A stretch of DNA of 24,000 bases from Desulfobulbaceae bacterium (GTDB lineage Bacteria; Desulfobacterota; Desulfobulbia; Desulfobulbales; Desulfobulbaceae). The notes beneath the pieces are model-generated. The model saw only the letters and a program-made list of their open reading frames with translations. It was not told the DNA's origin and did not search any database. The stretch spans positions 23,036 to 47,035 of the forward strand of contig JAMJFO010000006.1 of assembly GCA_023544645.1 (NCBI GenBank). Reading direction: 5' to 3'. Below, piece after piece: positions 1-6,395 of this stretch (positions within the stretch are counted from its first letter, which is position 1; each line of letters begins with the position of its first letter). The translations under genes were made by a program, and so were the position numbers.

Positions 1-107
1 TGCCGGTCGGTTATCTCCTGCTCTTTGCTGTAGATTTCCTGGTCAAACCCGTCAATTTCGGAGTCAATGGCCTGCAGATCAATAAGTTTGCTGATTTCTT
101 CGTTCAA
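1..107 (-). CDS. 5' fragment (35 codons, runs off the window) of a COG1579/DUF164-type coiled-coil zinc-ribbon protein
   Basis: TTG at 107-105 is preceded by AAGGAG (complement of 115-120, 7-nt spacer). It opens the frame (M)NEEISKLIDLQAIDSEIDGFDQEIYSKEQEITDR. The LxxLQxxDxEID opening is typical of the zinc-ribbon protein that often follows nif3 (e.g. HP0958 next to HP0959). It is absent from the ORF track because it is truncated. Confidence 0.45.
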   Translation of the reverse strand, partial: MNEEISKLIDLQAIDSEIDGFDQEIYSKEQEITDR

Positions 108-206
108 TTTTCTTCTCCTTTCATCATTACCTGAAAATAAATATATATAGCGGACGGATAGAACCGCATCTTACCCGTTATTCACTTCACCTGTGACCCT
201 GCCTGT

Positions 207-1010
207 TCACAACAGCAGCAATGGGGCAGCCTGCTGCCGTGTTATGTTCATATCCATCGGCCTGAACCGCCGCTTCACTTGATCCGCCAGTTTTTGGGCA
301 AAACCCTCCAGGGCCTGATTTTCCGTGGCAAAATGACCGGCGTCAACAACCCACAACCCAGCCTGTTCAGCCCAGCGCGCGGTACTGTGCTTGACCTCGG
401 AGGTGACAAACACCTGCGCGCCCTTTTCCAAGGCGGTTGCGGCAAGCTCAGAGCAGGCCCCCCCGCAGACGGCCACCCGACTGATGGACGGCGGCCGGTT
501 GGCGGTTGCCAGCAGCCAGGGCGGAGAACATGCCCCTTTGAGCTTTGCAATGAATTCATCGGCAGTGACCGGTGACCGGTATCCGCCGATGCGGCCCATG
601 CCGCACTGATCGGTTCCCGGACGGACTACCAGGGGCGCCGTATCGGCAAGGCCCAGCCGTCCGGCCAGCGAATCGCTGACTCCCCCTGTGGCGGAATCAA
701 GATTGGTATGGCAGCCGATCACGTTGATCCGGGCCTGGAGAGCATGTTGAACAAATCTTCCTTCAGGACTGCCGAGATTGATGGATTTTAAAGGATGAAA
801 CAGAAAAGGATGGTGAGTGATCAGGAGATTGGCGCCGCATGCCCCGGCTTCTTCAAGAAGCGGCAGGGTCGGATCAAGACCCATCAGGATGGACTCGACC
901 GGGTCGGCGGGGTTGCCGATCATGAGGCCGACGTTGTCCCAGTCCTCGGCCAGGCTGGCCGGAGCAATTGTTTCAATGATGTTGAGAATATCCTGTACTG
1001 TGACTGGCAT
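207..1010 (-). CDS. Nif3-like dinuclear metal centre protein (YbgI/YqfO family, 'GTP cyclohydrolase 1 type 2 homolog')
   Basis: 267-aa ORF. The N-terminus MPVTVQDILNIIETIAPASLAEDWDNVGLMIG and the motifs LLITHHP, IGCHTNLD and VVDAGHFATE are hallmark NIF3 family motifs. No Shine-Dalgarno is visible upstream. Confidence 0.9.
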   Translation of the reverse strand: MPVTVQDILNIIETIAPASLAEDWDNVGLMIGNPADPVESILMGLDPTLPLLEEAGACGANLLITHHPFLFHPLKSINLGSPEGRFVQHALQARINVIGCHTNLDSATGGVSDSLAGRLGLADTAPLVVRPGTDQCGMGRIGGYRSPVTADEFIAKLKGACSPPWLLATANRPPSISRVAVCGGACSELAATALEKGAQVFVTSEVKHSTARWAEQAGLWVVDAGHFATENQALEGFAQKLADQVKRRFRPMDMNITRQQAAPLLLL

Positions 1011-1021
1011 ATGAGCTGATT

Positions 1022-1060
1022 ACAAATAAAAAGAGGTACTTCCGCGGGGAGGTACCTCTT
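1022..1060 (-). terminator. Rho-independent terminator downstream of the tRNA gene
   Basis: On the minus strand, AAGAGGTAC (complement of 1052-1060) pairs with GTACCTCTT (complement of 1031-1039). This gives a 9-bp stem with a 12-nt loop, followed by TTTATTTGT. The plus-strand reading has no U tail, so it is oriented for minus-strand transcripts. Confidence 0.5.
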
Positions 1061-1192
1061 TAACTAGCCTTAAACCGGTTTAGTGGTTGTTTATATAGTA
1101 TTCGTTTTTCGGGGACGAACTGAATCTTCAAGTGTAATCGTTGTAATCTGTTGAACGCGGCAGTATGTTTTCTGCCGGAGTTCATATTTTTG

Positions 1193-1269
1193 TGGTGGGC
1201 CTACCTGGACTCGAACCAGGGACCGACCGGTTATGAGCCGGTGGCTCTAGCCAACTGAGCTATAGGCCC
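1193..1269 (-). tRNA. tRNA with CAT anticodon: elongator Met or lysidine-dependent Ile2; not initiator
   Basis: The reverse complement is GGGCCTA-TA-GCTC-AGTTGGCTA-GAGC-C-ACCGG-CTCATAA-CCGGT-CGGTC-CCTGG-TTCGAGT-CCAGG-TAGGCCC-A-CCA. It folds as a perfect 77-nt cloverleaf with encoded CCA. The G1-C72 pair and the absence of a GGG/CCC anticodon stem exclude the initiator. The GGGCCT...AGGCCC acceptor stem resembles bacterial tRNA-Ile. Confidence 0.95.
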
Positions 1270-1287
1270 ATTAGTGCAAAATATTCA

Positions 1288-1315
1288 ATCCTACCATAAA
1301 AAATTTTTTGGTCAA
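1288..1315 (-). promoter_or_regulatory. Candidate sigma70 promoter for the tRNA gene
   Basis: On the minus strand: TTGACC (complement of 1310-1315), a 16-nt A/T-rich spacer, then TAGGAT (complement of 1288-1293). The mature tRNA 5' end lies about 19 nt downstream. This is a sequence match only. Confidence 0.35.
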
Positions 1316-1506
1316 GTGTTTTTTGTGCCGTATAAGAAAAGGTATCATTCGTGATGTTTTCTCCCGCACTTTCATCCCGTCGGGGTAAAAGGATGCTTGC
1401 ATAATCCTGAATCCGTGACGGCTTTTTGCTTATGTGCTATGTAATGGTTTGAATACAACGAAGTATACACAGCGGCGCAGATTCATAATCAACGGTTCGG
1501 AATGGG

Positions 1507-3318
1507 ATGATATTTAACAATCTGCTTTATTTCCTGGTGGTCATATTTGTCCTGTCACTTGACAGCGCTCCCGAAACTCCCCGGCTCGCTCCTGCTGCCG
1601 GGTTTTTCACCACCCTGTCACTGTATCTTTTTTTCTATTTCCTGTCCGGCTGGGTTCATCGCAGGGCCAGACCCGGATCTGCCGGTTACTTTTCCGCGGA
1701 AAAGAATCTTTCCATGGCAGCGGTTCTCCTTTTTGTCTTTCTTCTTCACTTCGTCGACCTGAAATACTACCTCCACCCCCTGTCGCTGGACAACCGGCTG
1801 CCGATTCTGGAAAATATCGGCGGCCTCCTTTTCTTCTACCTCTTCCTGGTGCTGATGTGGCTGCGCGCACGTCCCTACTATCTGGTCATTTTTCAGCGGC
1901 TCTATTCACCATTGCCATTTATCGTTTCCAACACCAGGGTCAATCTGCCGATAATCCTTCCCTGGCTTCTGCTCTCCCTCGTCTTTGACCTGCTTGCCTG
2001 GTTTGAATTTCCCGCAGTGAAGCGGATTCTGGATTCCCCGGCCGGCGACCTGGTTCTGTTTGCCGTCTTTGTTTTTTTTCTCCTCCTCTTCTTTCCGCCG
2101 CTGGTACGATGGCTCTGGAACTGCACCCCCCTGCCGCCATCCCCTCTCCGGCAAGAGATCGAAGCCTTCTTCCGCAAACAGAAATTTTCTTCGGAAATCC
2201 TGCTCTGGCCCCTCTTTGAAGGTCAGGTCGTTACCGCCGCCATCCTGGGCATCCTGCCCGGAATGCGATACCTGCTGATCACCCCGGCGCTGCTGAACAC
2301 GATGAACAGGGATGAACTGGAAGCGGTGCTGGCACACGAGATCGGCCACGTGAAGAAAAAACACCTTCTTCTCTACATTTTTCTTTTTCTGGGGTTCAGC
2401 GTCCTGGCCGGCGCCGTCACTGAACCGCTGCCCTTTCTTTATCTGGGTTCGGATTGGTTTTACGCCCTGTCCAACCAATTGAACCAGTCCCCTGAGCCAG
2501 TGCTTGCCGTATTGACCGCTGTCCCTGTTCTGGTCCTCATGCTGATGTATTTCCGATTTCTGTTCGGGTACTTTATCCGCAACTTTGAACGACAGGCAGA
2601 TCTTCATGTTTTCAAGGCCCAGGGTCACTGCTGGGCTCTGATCAGTGCTTTTGAAAAAATCGCCATGCTGGCAGGCAATATCAGGGAGCAAAAAAGCTGG
2701 CACCATTTCGGCATCAGCGAACGGGTCGAGTTTCTCGAACGCTGCGAACAGGACCGGTCACTGCTGCGCAAACATGATCGCAAAGTGCATGCAAGCCTTG
2801 CCCTTTATTTTATCGTTATCGCCGCCGCCACAGTTTTTCTTGGCAGAGTGGATTATGAGCAACTGGCGGCAGGCTACGAAATCAGGTACATGGAGGCGGT
2901 AATCACCCACAAACTGCATCAGGAACCGGAGAACGGCCTCCTTTTCCTGCTTCTGGGCAACATCATGCAGGAAAAGAAAATGGAGCGCCGCGCTCTTCAA
3001 GCCTATGAACGCGCTCTTCTTCTCAATCCGGATCATGCGGATATCTACAACAACCTGTCCTGGCTGCTGTTGACGGCCCGGGACAGCACACTACTTGATC
3101 CTCCCCGGGCCCTCGCCCTGGCCGAGAAGGCTTTATCTCTTGATGAAAAGGGATATATCCTGGACACCCTGGCAGTCGCTCTCTGGGCCAACGGCCAGAC
3201 TGAAAAAGCCCTGGCCGCTGAAAAACGGGCCATGCGCATAGACCCTGAAAACTCAGGGTATTACCGTCAGCAGGCAGAAAAAATGGCCGCACAGGACTGG
3301 CAGGCCTCCCGCTCCTGA
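1507..3318 (+). CDS. Polytopic membrane M48-family zinc metallopeptidase with C-terminal TPR repeats
   Basis: 603-aa ORF. HEIGH (aa 277-281, nt 2335-2349) is followed by the downstream FERQAD motif (M48 ExxxAD third-ligand region). Multiple hydrophobic segments lie before and after the HEXXH. The C-terminal ~130 aa reads as TPR (ALQAYERALLLNPDHADIYNNLSWLL..., EKALAAEKRAMRIDPENSGYY). Confidence 0.85.
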   Translation: MIFNNLLYFLVVIFVLSLDSAPETPRLAPAAGFFTTLSLYLFFYFLSGWVHRRARPGSAGYFSAEKNLSMAAVLLFVFLLHFVDLKYYLHPLSLDNRLPILENIGGLLFFYLFLVLMWLRARPYYLVIFQRLYSPLPFIVSNTRVNLPIILPWLLLSLVFDLLAWFEFPAVKRILDSPAGDLVLFAVFVFFLLLFFPPLVRWLWNCTPLPPSPLRQEIEAFFRKQKFSSEILLWPLFEGQVVTAAILGILPGMRYLLITPALLNTMNRDELEAVLAHEIGHVKKKHLLLYIFLFLGFSVLAGAVTEPLPFLYLGSDWFYALSNQLNQSPEPVLAVLTAVPVLVLMLMYFRFLFGYFIRNFERQADLHVFKAQGHCWALISAFEKIAMLAGNIREQKSWHHFGISERVEFLERCEQDRSLLRKHDRKVHASLALYFIVIAAATVFLGRVDYEQLAAGYEIRYMEAVITHKLHQEPENGLLFLLLGNIMQEKKMERRALQAYERALLLNPDHADIYNNLSWLLLTARDSTLLDPPRALALAEKALSLDEKGYILDTLAVALWANGQTEKALAAEKRAMRIDPENSGYYRQQAEKMAAQDWQASRS

Positions 3319-3473
3319 TTTGGAGTAAATGGTCACAGGCGCCACATCTTCGTACCAACGCTCATGTCCCCCCATAAGGGAGTCATAGCGAACATTTCCG
3401 CTCGGAACCTACGCCCCATGGGCAAAGCTGCGCCACCCCTGATCATTTGCAGCTTTTTGGACAATCATGTCGG

Positions 3474-4361
3474 TTAGCTGCATACCCCGTGAGCATTTAC
3501 CATCCGCGCCTTGCCTGCGCCGTCCGCGCGGCATCTGCTGCTCCTGATATCCTCGGCGGTACGCATCACCTTGTTGTCGAGACAATTGAGCAGAACGGCA
3601 TCAATGCCGGCCCCGGCCAGCAGGGTGAGCATCCGGCCATGGAAACCGCTCTTCTGTTCCCGGGCCATCCCCTCTGAACCATTGCCCAGAGCCACGATGG
3701 TTTTGACCCTGTTGTCAAGCTGGCGGATCAGGTCGATGGCTTCAACCACCAAACCGACATCCGGCAGACCCCGGCTGACATACCAGGCCGCCGGATCAGG
3801 GCGGCAGGCCAGGACCGGGTCCAGGTAGAGCCGGGAAAAGGGCAGGCCTCTCAATGCCGCCTGCTCCAGAACCTCACTGGCCAACCGTATCCTGTCGTCG
3901 ATACCGGCCGTCGCCCCGCCGGATCGAACAAGCAGAACCACCAATCCGCTGCCATAATGGTTTGCGGCGCGCAGCGCCCGGTCCAGTTCATCATGGTTAG
4001 CGGTTACCGCATTAATAACAACCTGCGGTCCGCAGCGTTGCAGAACCTGTTCCTGCGCCAGGATATTGGCGGAAAAAAACAGGGGTACGTCGGTATGGTC
4101 CCGGATGACATCCACGACCCATGAAGTCCGCTGGCCCATTTCCCTGCCCGGCCCCAGGTTGACTGCCAGAGCCTGAGCTCCCGCGGCCAGCTGTTTTCTG
4201 ACAAGACCGGTGAGAAATGGTTGATCCTTCACCACCATTGACCTGTGAACCTGCTGATTGAGGACATGTATCGCGTCCCCGATCAGCATTGGTGCGGTTA
4301 AGCTGGCAATGGAATTCTCCTGATTGGCAACAAAATGTAGAGCTCGATTGTCCGGGGTCAT
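3474..4361 (-). CDS. Pterin-binding (DHPS / methyl-H4folate:corrinoid methyltransferase-like TIM barrel) domain protein, divergent
   Basis: 295-aa ORF with a strong RBS (AGGAGGAGG, 6 nt before the ATG). The motif order resembles MeTr/MetH pterin-binding domains: IGDAI, AGAQALAVNLG, VPLFFSAN, VINAVT, LYLDPV, ALGNGSEG. Several canonical positions are substituted, so the fold assignment is tentative. The gene lies directly behind a cobalamin riboswitch. Confidence 0.55.
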   Translation of the reverse strand: MTPDNRALHFVANQENSIASLTAPMLIGDAIHVLNQQVHRSMVVKDQPFLTGLVRKQLAAGAQALAVNLGPGREMGQRTSWVVDVIRDHTDVPLFFSANILAQEQVLQRCGPQVVINAVTANHDELDRALRAANHYGSGLVVLLVRSGGATAGIDDRIRLASEVLEQAALRGLPFSRLYLDPVLACRPDPAAWYVSRGLPDVGLVVEAIDLIRQLDNRVKTIVALGNGSEGMAREQKSGFHGRMLTLLAGAGIDAVLLNCLDNKVMRTAEDIRSSRCRADGAGKARMVNAHGVCS

Positions 4362-4404
4362 TATATTCCTCCTCCTGGCGCTGGATTATGCCTGGCCCGG
4401 GCAG

Positions 4405-4438
4405 AAAAAAAACCCGGACCGACAGATGCCGATCCGGG
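4405..4438 (-). terminator. Intrinsic terminator serving as the expression platform of the cobalamin riboswitch
   Basis: On the minus strand, CCCGGATCGGC-ATCT-GTCGGTCCGGG forms an 11-bp stem (including 2 G-U pairs) with a tetraloop, followed immediately by TTTTTTTT (complement of 4405-4412). It lies between the aptamer and the RBS. Confidence 0.75.
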
Positions 4439-4499
4439 ATGTCCCTTTTACCCACAGATACGATAACGGCTTTCCCTGGTCCGCGGGGAAATCCTTTTT

Positions 4500-4728
4500 C
4501 CTGAAAGGCAGGTCTTCTGACTTTCCCGATCATGCAGCAGCCTTCCCGTCCATCCTTTTTGCAGACAAAGGCAGACAGTGGCACACCGGCCGGTATTTGG
4601 CACGCCAATATACCGGTCAGGCTGATGACCTGTTCTTTTTCCCATGAAAAAGAGGGATTACAGCGGCGGGCCCGTCCCCGATTCACACAGGGTTCCCTTT
4701 TCATCCTCGGCTGGAGGAACCTGTCAGG
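4500..4728 (-). promoter_or_regulatory. Cobalamin (B12) riboswitch aptamer
   Basis: On the minus strand: AAAAGGGAACCCTGTGTGAATCGGGGACGGGCCCGCCGCTGTAA (4701-4658), GCCACTG (4582-4576), GGGAAGGC (4547-4540) and the B12-box AGTCAGAAGACCTGCC (4522-4507). These occur in the order of the cobalamin riboswitch consensus. A closing P1 helix forms between CCTGAcAGGT (about 4728-4719) and ACCTGcctTTCAGG (4513-4500). Confidence 0.85.
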
Positions 4729-4743
4729 TCTTGTACAGGTCCT

Positions 4744-4773
4744 TTCATAAAACACAGCGCCGGCTGCTGTCAA
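4744..4773 (-). promoter_or_regulatory. Candidate sigma70 promoter for the riboswitch-led transcript
   Basis: On the minus strand: a perfect TTGACA (4773-4768), an 18-nt spacer, then TATGAA (4749-4744). This places the transcription start a few nt upstream of riboswitch P1. Sequence match only. Confidence 0.4.
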
Positions 4774-4874
4774 GCAAAAATTGCAGATCACCACACCATA
4801 TAGCGTCACCAACAAATAGAGACACTTCATAATGTAGTATTATGTGCTGCAGAATGCCGGCGTCGACAAAAATT

Positions 4875-6395
4875 CTATAAAATATAATCGGCAGGCTGGA
4901 TATTGAAGACCGCGGGATGCAGACTTTCCAGAACCGGTCGGTTAAAACCCCGGGTGTGCTGATCCAGCGGTCCAAGATTGACAAGCTCTCCCTTGGCAAA
5001 CCCTCCCTGCTCAAGAGGCGTGAGCAACTGCACCCAAAGCTCCTTGCCGTCCCCTGATTCACCGCCGTATTTTGCCACCAAACCCATCTCATTGTTGTCA
5101 AGCCGGAGCAGGGTGCCGATGGGGTACACGCCGATCATGTTGATGAACACCTTGAGCAGCAGGGGATCGAAATCCTTGCCCGAACCCTCCTGCATAATGC
5201 CCAGGGCACGATCAGGACTGATGGGGAAAGTTCGGTAGACCCGCCTGGCGGTAATGGCATCAAAGACATCGGCAATACAGATTATCCGGCCAAAAAGGCT
5301 CAGAGGTTTTTTTCGCGGTGTCTGCGGATACCCGGACAGATCATATTTCAGATGATGTTCGAACGGGGGAAGCATCATCTCCGTTTTCCGTTGCTGTGAA
5401 GCCTTCAGCAGGATAATCTGCCGGACGCTGTAGATGGAATGATTCCGCATCTCTTTGAATTCATGTTCAGACAGTTTGCCCGGCTTGTTGAGGATTTTCT
5501 TGGGCACATCAATCTTGCCAAGGTCGTGAAACAGGGCGCTGAGGCTCAGCGATTCAAGCTGATTCTTATTCAAGCCGATACGACTGCCCAGGCACATGGA
5601 CAAAATGGCCACGTTCAGCGAATGGGTGAAGGTATAATCGTCGTAATCACGGATAGTGCTGAGGCTCAAAAGAACATTGCTGTCATCCATGACCGTATCG
5701 ATCATGATATGGACCATGCGCAATGCTTTTTTTATGCTCGCATTTTTATCGTTTGAAACTTTTTGCGAGACTTCCTGGAGGGAATTCAGTGCATACCCGT
5801 ATGCCTGAAGGGCTTTTTGTCTTTTATCCTGATCTTTGTCTACCTGTACAGGTTCTCTGTCCAGGTCTTTCTGCCGGTGTTCCTCTCCAATGGCAACGGC
5901 CTCTTCCAGTTCCGTATCGGAAAGCGGAATCGGATCGACCCAGGCATACTCAGCCGAGCTTACCTGTGCTTCCAGCCAGTCAGCGGGATTCTCCTCATGG
6001 AGGCACCGGCCCAGAAGACGGGCAAACGATGCGACATCCTTCAGCGGAGCATCAACTGCTGAAGGAAAAAAACGGAGTCCTTTTATCCCCCGCTTCTCAA
6101 AGAATACCAGCATGGTATTTATCAGGGCGGCGAATTTGGAAGAGTGCGGAACCTTTTCCAGCTGCAGGTAAAACCGGCCGGATGAGGCGAAAAGGGTAAT
6201 TTCGTCATCCTCCCGGAACAGTTTCTCAATGGTGATGACAAAATTTTCAACAGCGGAGACAAGCACGTGATTGTTATCTCCATAGACCTTGGCGGAACTG
6301 ATCAGCATGTGCAGACAATAGAGAAACTGCAGGCCATCTCCATCGGAGAAGTCTTTTGCCTGCACGGTCTGATTGACAGGAGGGATGGTATTCAT
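4875..6395 (-). CDS. HD-GYP domain phosphodiesterase (predicted c-di-GMP hydrolase) with an uncharacterised N-terminal module
   Basis: 506-aa ORF. It has the HD motif FHDLGK (H290/D291, nt 5528-5523), HHLKYDLSGYP (GYP at aa 355-357) and the C-terminal region typical of HD-GYP proteins. The start ATG overlaps the upstream gene's stop in ATGA (6392-6395). Confidence 0.9.
   Translation of the reverse strand: MNTIPPVNQTVQAKDFSDGDGLQFLYCLHMLISSAKVYGDNNHVLVSAVENFVITIEKLFREDDEITLFASSGRFYLQLEKVPHSSKFAALINTMLVFFEKRGIKGLRFFPSAVDAPLKDVASFARLLGRCLHEENPADWLEAQVSSAEYAWVDPIPLSDTELEEAVAIGEEHRQKDLDREPVQVDKDQDKRQKALQAYGYALNSLQEVSQKVSNDKNASIKKALRMVHIMIDTVMDDSNVLLSLSTIRDYDDYTFTHSLNVAILSMCLGSRIGLNKNQLESLSLSALFHDLGKIDVPKKILNKPGKLSEHEFKEMRNHSIYSVRQIILLKASQQRKTEMMLPPFEHHLKYDLSGYPQTPRKKPLSLFGRIICIADVFDAITARRVYRTFPISPDRALGIMQEGSGKDFDPLLLKVFINMIGVYPIGTLLRLDNNEMGLVAKYGGESGDGKELWVQLLTPLEQGGFAKGELVNLGPLDQHTRGFNRPVLESLHPAVFNIQPADYIL

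Noticed and set aside
3424-3458. Hairpin AAAGCTGC-N17-GCAGCTTT followed by TT between the convergent M48 and pterin-binding genes
   Set aside because: The GC-rich part of the stem is short, the loop is 17 nt and the U tract is marginal. It could be a weak plus-strand terminator but is not convincing enough to list as a feature.
4012-4830. 272-aa minus-strand ORF in the track
   Set aside because: It overlaps the 5' part of the pterin-binding gene out of frame and runs across the cobalamin riboswitch and its terminator. The product is Arg/Gly/Cys/Pro-rich and low-complexity, and there is no RBS. The region is better explained as 5' UTR RNA.
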